Counted from the first letter of the stretch, positions 1 to 9,452 are shown. The stretch: DNA of 32,000 bases from Halomicrobium mukohataei DSM 12286 (GCF_000023965.1 NC_013202.1:870001-902000), one strand, 5' to 3'. The notes: generated by a model from the letters alone, not told the origin. Made by a program: numbers and translations.

Positions 1-350
1 TCGCTCACTACGTTCGCGCTGCGACTTGCAGGGCTCGAATCCACTCCGTCGACGATTCCGCGGCTCGCGAGTTTGCGAGCCGCAGGAATAGTCCATCCTG
101 GATATCGAACCGGAGCAAGACGGTCGCTCACTACGTTCGCGCTGCGACTTGCAGGGCTCGAATCCACTCCGTCGACGATTCCGCGGCTCGCGAGTTTGCG
201 AGCCGCAGGAATAGTCCATCCTGGATATCGAACCGGAGCAAGACGGTCGCTCACTACGTTCGCGCTGCGACTTACAGGGCTCGAATCCACTCCGTCGACG
301 ATTCCGCGGCTCGCGAGTGTGCTCGCCGCAGGAATAGTCCATCCTGGATT
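1..350. repeat. Tandem direct repeat with 123-bp period. Units 1-123 and 124-246 are identical. A third, slightly divergent unit (247-~350) runs into the genuine tRNA-Gln gene. The array is cut by the window edge.
   Basis: Direct comparison: 'tcgctcactacgttcgcgctgcgactt(g/a)cagggctcgaatccactccgtcgacgattccgcggctcgcgag...' restarts at 1, 124 and 247. Each unit ends with 'gccgcaggaatagtccatcctggat', which is the trailer plus the 3' acceptor/T-arm part of the tRNA (89-103, 212-226, 335-349). Units 1-2 contain a perfect 9-bp hairpin, GCGGCTCGC-gagttt-GCGAGCCGC (60-83, 183-206). Confidence 0.9.
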
Positions 351-407
351 CGAACCAGGGTCGAAGCCCCCAGAAGGCTTCAGGATTGGCCACTACCCCA
401 ATGGACT
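335..407 (-). tRNA. tRNA-Gln (anticodon CUG), no encoded CCA
   Basis: Reverse complement reads AGTCCAT-TG-GGGTAGTGGCCAATCCTG-AAGCC-TTCTGGG-GGCTT-CGA-CCTGG-TTCGAAT-CCAGG-ATGGACT-A. The 7-bp acceptor stem, anticodon stem AAGCC/GGCTT and T-arm CCTGG/CCAGG with TTCGAAT loop fold by eye. The anticodon loop is TT-CTG-GG. Confidence 0.85.
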
Positions 408-493
408 GTGTACCCCATCGTATCCGGCAGTCGCATATCAGTGTTACGGACGAGACGGTTCCGTGTGACCGTCTGCCATCCGATCGCCGGGGG

Positions 494-1213
494 CTACAGC
501 GACACCGTCTCCAGGGACTCGGAGATCTCCTGGACGTGGTCGTTGTAGGCGGCGACGAACGCGCTCACGTCGTCGGCGTGGGCTCGCAGGTCGTGGGCGT
601 CCGGGGGCTGGTACTGCGAGAGGAGGTAGACGCCGCCCTCGCCGCCGACCCGGAGGTAGTCCGCCCGCCCTTCCTCCCAGTTGAGTTCCCAGCGCGAGCC
701 GTCGATCCGAGTCGTGAAGGTACCGTAGCTGTCGCCGCTGTAGCGGTAGAGCTGCTGGGCCATGGCGTCGGCGGCCTCCCGGAGCTCCGAGAGGATCGCC
801 TGGCGGGTAGCGACCACGTCGTCGACGGTGGCGATCTCGGGGAACTCGGTCGAAACGTCGTCGAGGACGCCGTCGAGCGAGCGAACGTGGTCGTTGAACG
901 CGGCGACGAACGCGTCGTAGTCGCTCATCGCCGTCGCCAGAGCGGACGGTTCGGGCGGTTGCTGGGTCGAGACGACGTAGATCTCGCGACCGCCCCGTTC
1001 GTAGCGGAGGTACTGCACGTCGCCGGCCTCGTATTTCAGCGTCCAGGAGGCGGCGTCGGTCTCGAAGGTCGCCTGTCCGTAGTCGCCGCCCTGGAGGCGG
1101 GCGAGTTCGCGGGCGATCTCACCCGCGTGGTCTGTGACCGCGGCGACGATCTCGTCCCGGCGCGCGGCGGCCGCGTCGGTCCCGACCACGTCGGCGTCCA
1201 GCCCCTCGATCAT
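494..1213 (-). CDS. Conserved hypothetical acidic protein with an internal tandem duplication (two ~110-aa halves)
   Basis: ATG start at 1213; acidic composition typical of haloarchaea. The two halves align: ...W.L..E.G...YLR...G..Y..S...PP......D..AFVAA(F/Y)NDHV... No family recognised. Confidence 0.7.
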   Translation of the reverse strand: MIEGLDADVVGTDAAAARRDEIVAAVTDHAGEIARELARLQGGDYGQATFETDAASWTLKYEAGDVQYLRYERGGREIYVVSTQQPPEPSALATAMSDYDAFVAAFNDHVRSLDGVLDDVSTEFPEIATVDDVVATRQAILSELREAADAMAQQLYRYSGDSYGTFTTRIDGSRWELNWEEGRADYLRVGGEGGVYLLSQYQPPDAHDLRAHADDVSAFVAAYNDHVQEISESLETVSL

Positions 1214-1362
1214 CGTCCACAGCGAAGGGTTCGAACGGCATAACGGCGGTGACTTCGGACGGGCGCAGAAAGACGAGCGTACCGTCGTGGCGGGGCGAAT
1301 ACGCCCGGATTATCCCGTGAACGATCGAGACAGTATAGCACCGGGCGGCCCCGAGTCGATGC

Positions 1363-1818
1363 ATGGCTTCCGAAACTCCCGCTTCGAGCGTCGGCCGCGA
1401 CGGGACGCCCGCCGTCTCCTCGCCGTGGGTGCGCGGCCTGGCGGCCGGACTGATCGGCGGGCTCGAGACGGGCGTGTTTCTGACAGTCGCCGCACCGGCT
1501 GTCCTCTCGGAGACGTTCCCGGCACTGGTCTTTGCGAGCGGGCCGGTCGTGGGCTGGCTCGTGCTCGCGGTCGCCAGCGCCGCGGCCGGGATCGTCTTTA
1601 CGACCGTCGTCGAGCGACAGGCGCTCTCGACGACGGTCGTCCTCGGAATCGGATACAGCGTCGCGCTGTGGCTCGTCGCCGCGGTCGCGCTCCCGACCTG
1701 GCTCGGGGCGGTCGGAGCCACCGCCCCGCCGTTCCCGTGGTTCGATCCGACGCTGCTGGCCGGACTGGCCCTCTACGGTATCGTCCTCGGAATCGGACAC
1801 TGGCTGTTCGGCCGGTGA
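1363..1818 (+). CDS. Hypothetical small integral membrane protein (~4 predicted TM segments)
   Basis: ATG at 1363 about 27 bp downstream of a TATA-like 'cagtatagca'. Hydrophobic stretches include [56 protein letters not shown] and [19 protein letters not shown]. Confidence 0.6.
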   Translation: MASETPASSVGRDGTPAVSSPWVRGLAAGLIGGLETGVFLTVAAPAVLSETFPALVFASGPVVGWLVLAVASAAAGIVFTTVVERQALSTTVVLGIGYSVALWLVAAVALPTWLGAVGATAPPFPWFDPTLLAGLALYGIVLGIGHWLFGR

Positions 1819-1864
1819 CGGGCAAAATCGACACCTCCTTACTTCGACCGCCGAACGAACGGAT

Positions 1865-2467
1865 ATGTACGTTGGACGGTTCGTCGTCGTCGGCCCGCAG
1901 GTCGGCGCGTACCGCGTCTCGTCGCGATCGTTCCCGAACAGGAGAGCCCTCGACCGTGACGGCACGATCACGGTCGGACCGACCGAAGACGCTCCCGAGA
2001 CCGACAACCCCTACATCTCGTACAACGCCGTGCGGGAGACCGACCGGGGCGTCGTCGTCGGTAACGGCTCTCACGTCGACCCGATCGCAGAGAAGCTCTC
2101 GCTTGGCTACCCCGCGCGGGACGCCGTCGCCGAGTCGCTGCTGGCGCTTGACTTCGAGAAGGACGACTACGACACCCCGCGCATCGCCGGGATCGTCGGC
2201 GTCGATCCCGACGACCCCACGACGCGGGCCGAGGGCCACGGCGGCGTCATCGGGACGGTCCGCCGGGACGCGCTCCTGGTCGAAGAGGTCACCGAGCCGA
2301 CGCTGGTCGCGACCTACGAGACGGACAGCCCGGAGGCGTTCGACCTGGAAGCGACCGACGCCGAGGAGATCGCCCGGGAAGTCTACGGCCACGAGTTCGA
2401 ACACGCCGTCTGTGCGGCGGGCGTCACCGTCGACGGCGGCGTCGAGACCGCGATCTACAACGGCTAG
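1865..2467 (+). CDS. purO: IMP cyclohydrolase, archaeal type (PurO)
   Basis: Internal ATG of track ORF 1532..2467. The N-terminus [26 protein letters not shown] and ~200-aa length match my recollection of archaeal PurO. The upstream part of the track ORF is Arg/Ser-rich shadow sequence. Confidence 0.75.
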   Translation: MYVGRFVVVGPQVGAYRVSSRSFPNRRALDRDGTITVGPTEDAPETDNPYISYNAVRETDRGVVVGNGSHVDPIAEKLSLGYPARDAVAESLLALDFEKDDYDTPRIAGIVGVDPDDPTTRAEGHGGVIGTVRRDALLVEEVTEPTLVATYETDSPEAFDLEATDAEEIAREVYGHEFEHAVCAAGVTVDGGVETAIYNG

Positions 2468-2559
2468 GGCGCTCCAGTCCGCTTTTTACGGCTCTCGGCC
2501 GGAGTCCGAACGGGTCAGTCCAAAGGTCTAAGCAGGCGGGGCACCCATGTGTAGACACT

Positions 2560-2922
2560 ATGAGCACGGAGACCGAAAGCGGCGACGACCTCGAGGAGCG
2601 TATCACGAACTTCCTGCGCCGGAACTTCCCGCAGATCCAGATGCACGGCGGCTCGGCGGCGATCCAGAACATCGACCGCGAAGAAGGCAGTGTCACGATC
2701 CAGCTCGGCGGTGCCTGTTCTGGCTGTGGGATCTCGCCGATGACGATCCAGGCGATCAAGACCCGCATGACCAAGGAGATCCCCGAGATCGACACGGTCC
2801 ACGCCAACACGGGCATGGACGGCAGTGAGGGCATGGCCGGCGGTGCCAGCCCGTCGATGCCCGGCGACTCGCGGGGCGGCGAGATCGGCGGCGACGACGA
2901 AGGCCCCGAAGCGCCGTTCTAA
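2560..2922 (+). CDS. NifU-like (Nfu C-terminal domain) Fe-S cluster assembly protein with an acidic Gly-rich tail
   Basis: FLRRNFPQIQMHGGSAAIQNIDREEGSVTIQLGGACSGCGISPMTIQAIKTRM carries the Nfu/NifU_C CxxC motif and surrounding consensus. Confidence 0.75.
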   Translation: MSTETESGDDLEERITNFLRRNFPQIQMHGGSAAIQNIDREEGSVTIQLGGACSGCGISPMTIQAIKTRMTKEIPEIDTVHANTGMDGSEGMAGGASPSMPGDSRGGEIGGDDEGPEAPF

Positions 2923-2938
2923 GCTCCAAGCTTCTCCG

Positions 2939-2944
2939 TTTTTT
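2939..2944 (+). terminator. Oligo-T tract (TTTTTT) 17 nt after the nifU-like stop, followed by hairpin CGGCTCC-gcgccgt-GGAGCCG
   Basis: Archaeal intrinsic termination commonly uses oligo-T runs. Only position and composition support this call. Confidence 0.4.
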
Positions 2945-3018
2945 CTCGTCGGTGAGCGACGGCTCCGCGCCGTGGAGCCGGGCCGTGGGATTATGCATCT
3001 CGCTGCCTAACTACGGGT

Positions 3019-3843
3019 ATGCGTCTGGGGCCCCTCGCGCTCGTCGCCGTCGCGCTCCTGGCGGGGTGTGGCGGGCTGGTCGGCACGTCCACGGAGACGA
3101 CGGTGACGCCGGCACCGGTCCCCGAACCGCCCGCCACCGAGTCGACCGGCAGCGCGATCGCACCGGGCGTCGGGGGTGCGCGGATCGTCGACGCCGACCG
3201 GCTGGCCCGAGCCCACCGAACGGCGATCCGGAACCGCTCGTACGTCTGGCAGGAGCGCCAGCGCGCGAGTCCCGTCGAGACGAACGAATCCGAGCGAATC
3301 GACACGCGGCTGTGGGTCGAGCGCGAGCGGCGCTATCGCTACGAGCTGTCGACCTCGTGGCGTCCGGTCAACACCTCCGAGTACACCGAGGGCGAGACGC
3401 GATACCGACGTGACGTGAGTCGCGCCGGCTTCACCTACTCGACGGCACCCGGAACGAACGTCACGGCACGCTACGGCCACCAGCCCGAAGTGGCGATCAG
3501 CCGGTATCTCGCGATCGGATCGGCCACCGTCGCGGCGACCACGGTCGACGGCCAGCGGTACTATCGGATCACGGGCTCGGCCGACACGTTACCCGTGACC
3601 GGTGAGATCAGCAACTACAGCGTCGAGGCACTGGTGGCTCCCTCGGGGTTCGTCCGCTCGCTGTCGGTCAGCTACGAGGACGTGATCGGCAGCAACCGCG
3701 AGCGGATCGACTATCGCTACCGGTACAGCGCCGTCGGCGAGACGACGGTCCAGCCCCCGGAGTGGGTCCGGGCGCGCTGGCCGGAGAACGTGACGACGGC
3801 GACGACCACCCCCACGGGGAGCGCGACCGATACACCGGACTGA
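3019..3843 (+). CDS. Hypothetical secreted lipoprotein
   Basis: N-terminus MRLGPLALVAVALLAGCGG is a signal peptide plus lipobox (LAGC). Thr-rich linkers sit at both ends. No family recognised. Confidence 0.65.
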   Translation: MRLGPLALVAVALLAGCGGLVGTSTETTVTPAPVPEPPATESTGSAIAPGVGGARIVDADRLARAHRTAIRNRSYVWQERQRASPVETNESERIDTRLWVERERRYRYELSTSWRPVNTSEYTEGETRYRRDVSRAGFTYSTAPGTNVTARYGHQPEVAISRYLAIGSATVAATTVDGQRYYRITGSADTLPVTGEISNYSVEALVAPSGFVRSLSVSYEDVIGSNRERIDYRYRYSAVGETTVQPPEWVRARWPENVTTATTTPTGSATDTPD

Positions 3844-3897
3844 CACTTTCTTTGACTATCGAAACAATCTTTGTACTACAGGAGGAGTCCTCCACCA

Positions 3898-5154
3898 GTG
3901 ACAGAACGCCAGAAACAACTGCGAGCGCTGTTTTTCACGCGATTCGCCGGTGCCTTCGGGCTGGTGACGCTCCTGACGCTGTTGCCGACGTACATCGAAG
4001 TCCTCGGGGCCGAGGGGTTCGTCGTCGGGATGTTCGTCACCGGCCTGACCTTCGCACAGGCAGTCGCGGTGATCCCGGTGTCGTACCTCGGGGACCGCTA
4101 CGACAAACGGACGATCCTGCTCGTCGGCCTCGGGCTGGCAGCCGCCGTCTACGGTGCCTTCACGTTCGTCGAGACGAGCTGGGGGTTCGTCCTCGTCCGG
4201 GGGGTCCAGGGCATCGCCGCGACCACTGCCGGCCTGCTCGGACTCGCGCTCGTGGGCCAGTTAGCCAGGGACAGCAAACGCGGCAACACCATCGGCAAGT
4301 CGAACTCCTGGCGGTTCGCCGCGGACATCGGCGGGACGCTCTCGGCCGGGGTACTCTACGACAACTTCGGCTTCTCGACCGTCTTCGGGCTCCTGATGGT
4401 CGTCACCGGGCTGGCCTTCCTCGCGGTGCTCGCGTGGGTCGAGCCCGACGAGACGACCGTCGAGGAGTTCGCGTTCTTCGATCTGGCGGTCAACCGCCGG
4501 ATCGCGACGATCACGAGCTTCCGGGCCCAGTACGCCGTCGCGGTGACGCTGGTCCGTAACTGGGTGCCGATCTTTGCCGGCGTCGCGGCCGCTCAGGGCG
4601 GACTGGGGTTCAACGCCGCCGTCAACGGTGCGACGGCGGTGAGTCTGACCATCGTCAGCGCCCGCTTCATGAACATGCTGAGCCAGCCGTTCACGGGCCG
4701 GCTCTCCGACCGGTTCGGTCGCGCGCGGTTCGTCTTCGTGGGCGGGCTCGCATACGGGATCGCCGCCCTCCTCGTCCCGTTCACGCCCGCGATCGGCTCC
4801 GCGCTGGCGCTCCCGGCCACGTTCCCCTACTTCGGCGAACTCTCCGCGGCGTTCCTCCCGCTGCTGGCCGTCAGTGCCCTGCTCGGGATCGCCGACTCGA
4901 TCCGGGAGCCCGCCAGCATGGCGCTGTTCGCAGACGAGGGGACGGGTGAGGGCGTCGCCGCGAGTTTCGGGATCCGGGACATCGTCTGGCGACCGGGCGC
5001 GGTCGTCGCACCGCTGGTCGGTGGCTGGCTCATGAGTAGCGTCGGCATAGACTGGGTGTTCTTTCTGGGCGCTGGGGCCGCCTTCTCCGGCGTGATCGCG
5101 TTCGTCGGCATCCTCTCGTACGACCACGGGCGCGAGGGGCTGGCGAAGTGGTGA
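3898..5154 (+). CDS. MFS transporter
   Basis: About 12 hydrophobic segments. The MFS loop 2-3 motif is 'GDRYDKRTILLVG'. The track start 3871 is TTG; I prefer the in-frame GTG at 3898, which is preceded by GGAGG. The start is uncertain. Confidence 0.7.
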   Translation: MTERQKQLRALFFTRFAGAFGLVTLLTLLPTYIEVLGAEGFVVGMFVTGLTFAQAVAVIPVSYLGDRYDKRTILLVGLGLAAAVYGAFTFVETSWGFVLVRGVQGIAATTAGLLGLALVGQLARDSKRGNTIGKSNSWRFAADIGGTLSAGVLYDNFGFSTVFGLLMVVTGLAFLAVLAWVEPDETTVEEFAFFDLAVNRRIATITSFRAQYAVAVTLVRNWVPIFAGVAAAQGGLGFNAAVNGATAVSLTIVSARFMNMLSQPFTGRLSDRFGRARFVFVGGLAYGIAALLVPFTPAIGSALALPATFPYFGELSAAFLPLLAVSALLGIADSIREPASMALFADEGTGEGVAASFGIRDIVWRPGAVVAPLVGGWLMSSVGIDWVFFLGAGAAFSGVIAFVGILSYDHGREGLAKW

Positions 5155-6003
5155 TCAGAGTCGCTCGGCGACGGCGCTCGCGGCGCTCACGTCGCTGACG
5201 GCCCGTTCGATCGTGTCGGTGCCGTAGACCCGTTCGACGCCGGCACTCGCCAGCTTCGTCTGGGCGTTGGACGCCAGCATGGGGTGGACACAGGAGACGA
5301 AGACCCGGCCGGCCCCCCGGTCGTTCAACACGCCGACGGCCTCGCTCATCGTCGATCCGGTGGCGATGATGTCGTCGGCGACGACCACGTCCCGGTCGGC
5401 GACGGTCGCGTCGCTTGGCGAGATGTCGACCGCGCCGGTGTCGTAGTCTCTCTCTTTCTCGAAGTAGTCGACGGTCCCGCGCCCGTAGGCGTCTCGGACG
5501 GTCGTCGCGATGTCGACGGCCCCCTCGTCGGGCGAGAGAAAGAGCGGTTCGTCGAGCGTCGCGGGCAGCGGGTCGGCCAGGACGCCGGCAGCGTCGACCG
5601 GTTCGGCGGGCACGTCGAAAAAGTCGCAGACGGAGTCCTCGTGGGGGTTGACCGTCAGCACGCGGTCGGTGCCAGACGAGATGGCCCGTGCCATCGCACG
5701 CGAGGAGACGGGTTCGCCGGTTCGAAACGCCTCGTCCTGGCGGGCGTAGCCCATGTACGGCAGGACTGTGAGGACCTCGTCGGCACCGGCTTCGCGGGCG
5801 GCGTCTTGCAACTGGAGCAGTTCGACGTGGGCGTGATCCGAGAGCGTCGAGGCGACGACGACCGCCCGGTCGATCTCGTCGGGGACGCGCACGACAGACT
5901 CGCCGTCTGCGAAGTCCTCGTACTCGACGCGCCCGAGTGACTCGTCGCTCGCGTCGGCCAGCGCCGCCGCGAACGCCTGCGATTCCGAACCGGGGATGAT
6001 CAT
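5155..6003 (-). CDS. prs: Ribose-phosphate pyrophosphokinase (PRPP synthetase)
   Basis: MIIPGSESQAFAAALA..., VLPYMGYARQD, TVNPHE and DVVVADDIIATGSTMSEA (the PRPP-binding loop) are classic Prs motifs. Confidence 0.85.
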   Translation of the reverse strand: MIIPGSESQAFAAALADASDESLGRVEYEDFADGESVVRVPDEIDRAVVVASTLSDHAHVELLQLQDAAREAGADEVLTVLPYMGYARQDEAFRTGEPVSSRAMARAISSGTDRVLTVNPHEDSVCDFFDVPAEPVDAAGVLADPLPATLDEPLFLSPDEGAVDIATTVRDAYGRGTVDYFEKERDYDTGAVDISPSDATVADRDVVVADDIIATGSTMSEAVGVLNDRGAGRVFVSCVHPMLASNAQTKLASAGVERVYGTDTIERAVSDVSAASAVAERL

Positions 6004-6067
6004 GTTCGCCCATCTACCGGCCGCGCTAAACCCCTTTTCGGTTCCCAGAGAGCCCCGGTCCGGCGAG

Positions 6068-6874
6068 CTACGGCACGGCGACGCCGGTGACTCCGGCCAG
6101 CCCGAGCGCGCGCGAGCGCCACTCCGGTGCGCCGTCTTTCGCGGTCACCGGGTCGATCGCGACGGTGCCGTCGGCGGTGACCGTCACCGTCGCGGCGGCG
6201 TAGGCGACGTCGACGATCCCGGACACGGTCGGGTCGACCGCCGCCCACTCGCCGCTGGCGCGTGCGAAGAGATCGCCGTCGACGACTGCGTGTGCGCGGT
6301 CGCCGTCACGCTCGGCCGAGACGACGGTCGCGTCGCCGGCCAGTTCGGTCGTCCAGCCGTCGGCGAGACGGTCGACGCCGTCGGCGGTCCCGGCGTACGG
6401 TCCGGCGGCGGCCACGTCTCGGACGGCGTCCCCGCCCAGCGCGACGAGGTCGTCGCCGTCGATCCGGAAGCAGCCCTCGGCGGCCGCCACGAGGTCGCCG
6501 TCGACGGCGTGGGGCTCGTCGACAGCGCCCAGTGTCACCCACTCGTCGCCGTCGAGCCGGGCGAGTGTCCCGTCCTCGCTCGCGGCGACGACGCGCTCGT
6601 CGACGCCGACCGCCGTCGCCGGGCCGAAGCCGGTGGCGGTGAATCCCGCCTCGTCGCCGACCAGCACGTCCTCGTCGGTCGCGACCGCGAGGCGGCCGTC
6701 GCTGCCGGCGATGTCGCGGGCCGTACACCCGTGTTCGAGCCCGAAACGGCCGATCTGGTCGTCCGAGAGCGCCACCGTCGCCACGCCCATCTCGCAGGCG
6801 ACGTAGGCGTGGACCTCCTCGCGGCGCTCCTCGTAGATCCGCTTCTCGTCGAGGGCGATGTCGTCGTCGCTCAT
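6068..6874 (-). CDS. Conserved haloarchaeal hypothetical, repetitive beta-propeller-like protein (resembles what RefSeq calls the 'HVO_0234 family')
   Basis: ATG start; very acidic. Short 'DG.L.A...D..V' strand-like units recur along the sequence. The family name is from memory only. Confidence 0.55.
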   Translation of the reverse strand: MSDDDIALDEKRIYEERREEVHAYVACEMGVATVALSDDQIGRFGLEHGCTARDIAGSDGRLAVATDEDVLVGDEAGFTATGFGPATAVGVDERVVAASEDGTLARLDGDEWVTLGAVDEPHAVDGDLVAAAEGCFRIDGDDLVALGGDAVRDVAAAGPYAGTADGVDRLADGWTTELAGDATVVSAERDGDRAHAVVDGDLFARASGEWAAVDPTVSGIVDVAYAAATVTVTADGTVAIDPVTAKDGAPEWRSRALGLAGVTGVAVP

Positions 6875-7069
6875 GGGCGGGGGTTGGTCGGGTCGGCTGG
6901 AAAGGCTACCGCCTCACCGGTTCGGGACGCCGGTGTGACGGACGGCCCTCGGAATCTCGAAGCACGGGCCGGCGTCGGAGGCTGCCGAGACACACCACGT
7001 CGTGACTCAAAGCGGCCTTTCACCGTTCAGGGCCTTGATGCGACCGTCCGTCGTACGATCAGGCGACCC

Positions 7070-8062
7070 ATGCCAACGATACACGTGACCAGACGACAGA
7101 TCGCGCTGCTGGCCGTCGTCGTCCTCGTCGCCGTCGCCGGCTGTTCGGGTGCCCAAAACACCGCCGACAGCGGCGGCTCCGATCTGGGAATGCAGTCGGC
7201 CGGCGACGGCAGCGGCGGCAGTAGCGGTGGCGGCGGCGTCGGCAGCTACTACGACGCCGACGGGGATCGCGTGATCGTCCGCGAGTCCCGGATGGACCTG
7301 CGGGTCGACAACTTCACGCGGGCGTTTCGCTCGACCCGCGAGATCGCCGCGGCCCACGGCGGCTACGTCGGCGACCGCTCGCAGAACTCCCGGGGCGACT
7401 GGGACGAGGGCCGGATTACGGTCCGGGTGCCCCCCGAGAACTTCTCCGAGGCCCGCGACGACCTCGCGGTGCTTGGCCACGTCGAGGACGAGTCGGTGTC
7501 GGTCCAGGACTTCACCGACGAGTACAACGACCGCGAGGCCCGCATCGAGGACCTCCAGCAGGAAGAACGGGCCCTCGAAAGCCTGCTGAGCCGGGCCAAC
7601 GACAGCGAGGAAGCCAGCGAGATCAGAAACGACCTCCGGGAGGTACGAGACGAGCTCCGAACCCTCCGCCAGCAACAGTCCTCGCTGGAGCGCCGTGAGG
7701 CCATGTCGACGATCCGGATCGACGCCCACGAGCCGGTGAGCGAGCAGCCACCCGAGAACTACCGCTCCTCGTTTGGCTTCGACGACGCGTTCATGGAGGC
7801 GTTCTACGGCGGCCTGACGGCGGTGAAGTACGTCGTCGTCTTCTTCGGCTACGCGATCCCGATCGGGCTCTCGCTGTTGCCGCTGGCGGCCTTCGGCCTC
7901 GTGCTCGTCGGCGGCTTCCGCCGGACTCGGCGGTTCGTCTCGGGAGCGATGAGCGCCGACTCGGAGAGGGCAAACGACTCGCCGGCAGTCGTCGAGACGA
8001 GCGGTGACGAGGCCGGGACGACCGACGACGGCGAGCCCGACGGCGGCGAGACCGACGAGTAG
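7070..8062 (+). CDS. DUF4349-like lipoprotein with coiled-coil segment and C-terminal TM anchors
   Basis: Internal ATG (7070) of track ORF 5996..8062. MPTIHVTRRQIALLAVVVLVAVAGCSG is a signal peptide plus lipobox. The remaining features are 'MDLRVDNFTRAFRSTREIAAAHGGYVGDRSQ', 'ITVRVPPENFSEARDDL', a coiled coil and two TM helices. The 5' 1 kb of the track ORF is shadow sequence antisense to real genes. Confidence 0.7.
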   Translation: MPTIHVTRRQIALLAVVVLVAVAGCSGAQNTADSGGSDLGMQSAGDGSGGSSGGGGVGSYYDADGDRVIVRESRMDLRVDNFTRAFRSTREIAAAHGGYVGDRSQNSRGDWDEGRITVRVPPENFSEARDDLAVLGHVEDESVSVQDFTDEYNDREARIEDLQQEERALESLLSRANDSEEASEIRNDLREVRDELRTLRQQQSSLERREAMSTIRIDAHEPVSEQPPENYRSSFGFDDAFMEAFYGGLTAVKYVVVFFGYAIPIGLSLLPLAAFGLVLVGGFRRTRRFVSGAMSADSERANDSPAVVETSGDEAGTTDDGEPDGGETDE

Positions 8063-9403
8063 CTACAGGGCGTCCTTGTACGCTTCCAGCGCTTCGTCGA
8101 TGTCCGCCTCGGTGTGGGCGTCACAGACGAACTGCGACTCGAACTGGTTGGCCGTGAGGAAGACTCCTTGCTCTTTCATCGCCGGCCAGAACAGGCGCTG
8201 CCAGCGCTCGGTCTCGGCCCGTTTGACGTCCGCCCCGGTCTTCGGGCAGGTCTCGAAGCGCTCACAGTCGGGGTCCTGCGTACAGCCGGCGTCACAGGGG
8301 CCGCCGGCCTGCGTGCCGTCGGCGTCGCGGGTGAACACCACCTTGAACATCGAGTCGGTGCCGACGACGGTGTACTCGGGTGCCTGATCCGCGAGGATGT
8401 CCGTCAGGCCGGCTCGCAGCCGTTCGCCAAGGCCGTTCACGTGGTCGTACACGTCGTTCTCGGCGGCGTAGCGCAGCGTCTCCAGGCCGGCGGCCATCGT
8501 CACGGGGTGACCCGAGAAGGTGCCCGACTGGAACACGTCGCCAGCGGGGGTAAACTGCTCGACGATCTCCGAGCGGCCGCCGACGGCTCCGACCGGGAAC
8601 CCGCCCCCGACGATCTTGCCGAAGGTCGTCAGGTCGGGCGTGACGCCGAATTTCCCCTGAGCACACTGGAGGCCACCGACCCGAAAGCCCGTGATGACCT
8701 CGTCGAAGACGAGCAACGAGCCGTGGTCGTCACACAGCTCGCGCAGCGTCTCGTGGTAGCCATCGACCGGGTGGACGATGCCGTAGTTGCCCAGGATCGG
8801 CTCGGTCAGGACCGCGGCGATGTCGTCGCCGTGCTCGGCGAACAACTCCCGTGCGGCCTCGGCGTCGTTGAACGGCAGCGTCAGGGTGTGCTCGGCGAAC
8901 TCCGGGGGGATGCCGGGACTGGAGGGGGCGGTGTGGTCGCCCTCGCCCTCGACCAGCGTCGACTCCTGTGCGCCGTGGTAGCCCCCCTGCATGACGACGA
9001 TCTTGTCCCGGCCGGTGTAGGCCCGCGCCAGACGCACCGCCGACACCGTCGCCTCGGTGCCGCTGTTGACGAAGCGGGTCATCTCGACGCTGGGGACGTG
9101 CCGGCGGACGAACTCCGCCAGCTCGACCTCGACTTCCGTCGGCGCGCCGTACATCGGCCCCTCGGCGGCGCGTTGCTGGACCGCCGACTGGACCGGTTCG
9201 GGCAGGTCGTGGCCCAGCAAGAGCGGGCCGTAGCCCATCACGAAGTCGAGATATCGGTTTCCGTCGGCGTCGATGACGTGGCCGCCGTCCCCGCGCTCGA
9301 CGAAGAAGGGGTAGGGCTGGGTCGCTCGCACCGAAGAGTTGACGCCGCCCGGCATCACCGACAGCGCCCGATCGTACAGCGATCGCGACTGCTCGTGGTT
9401 CAT
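8063..9403 (-). CDS. hemL: Glutamate-1-semialdehyde 2,1-aminomutase
   Basis: [22 protein letters not shown]...[34 protein letters not shown], class-III aminotransferase fold, 446 aa. Confidence 0.85.
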   Translation of the reverse strand: MNHEQSRSLYDRALSVMPGGVNSSVRATQPYPFFVERGDGGHVIDADGNRYLDFVMGYGPLLLGHDLPEPVQSAVQQRAAEGPMYGAPTEVEVELAEFVRRHVPSVEMTRFVNSGTEATVSAVRLARAYTGRDKIVVMQGGYHGAQESTLVEGEGDHTAPSSPGIPPEFAEHTLTLPFNDAEAARELFAEHGDDIAAVLTEPILGNYGIVHPVDGYHETLRELCDDHGSLLVFDEVITGFRVGGLQCAQGKFGVTPDLTTFGKIVGGGFPVGAVGGRSEIVEQFTPAGDVFQSGTFSGHPVTMAAGLETLRYAAENDVYDHVNGLGERLRAGLTDILADQAPEYTVVGTDSMFKVVFTRDADGTQAGGPCDAGCTQDPDCERFETCPKTGADVKRAETERWQRLFWPAMKEQGVFLTANQFESQFVCDAHTEADIDEALEAYKDAL

Positions 9404-9452
9404 GGCCGTGGATTTGGCCCAGGTCGGAAAGATACTGTCGGTCGTGGAGCCG

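Noticed and set aside
27-56. T-loop-like 'GGGCTCGAATCC' inside each repeat unit as a second tRNA or pseudo-tRNA
   Set aside because: The flanking bases do not form a T-stem, acceptor stem or anticodon arm on either strand. It is at most a very decayed fragment.
1-350. Possibility that the tandem repeats are a CRISPR array
   Set aside because: Units are contiguous 123-bp copies with no unique spacers. The repeat length is far above CRISPR repeats, and no cas genes are present.
73-468. 131-aa ORF (MRAAGIVHPGYRTGARRSLTTFALRL...) with an internally repeated peptide
   Set aside because: It is simply the translation of the 123-bp (41-codon) tandem DNA repeat and then of the tRNA-Gln gene antisense. 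It has a TTG start and an Arg/Gly/Pro-rich composition. It is not a gene.
453-474. Hairpin AGACGGT-n8-ACCGTCT just downstream of the 494..1213 gene as a terminator
   Set aside because: It has only a 7-bp stem and no oligo-T tract, so it is too weak to call as a feature.
1134-2531. 465-aa + strand ORF, together with the 1119..1721, 1210..2007 and 1598..2404 minus-strand ORFs
   Set aside because: They are extremely Arg/Pro/Ser/Gly-rich with no motifs, and they overlap the well-supported purO and membrane-protein frames. These are classic high-GC shadow ORFs.
5030-6013. 327-aa minus-strand ORF overlapping prs in another frame
   Set aside because: It consists of poly-Arg/Gly/Pro low-complexity sequence. 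The prs frame carries the diagnostic PRPP-synthetase motifs.
5996-7069. N-terminal 358 codons of the 688-aa track ORF 5996..8062
   Set aside because: This part is antisense to the 6068..6874 gene and is Gly/Arg/Val-rich. A lipoprotein signal peptide starts at the internal ATG 7070, so only 7070..8062 is called.
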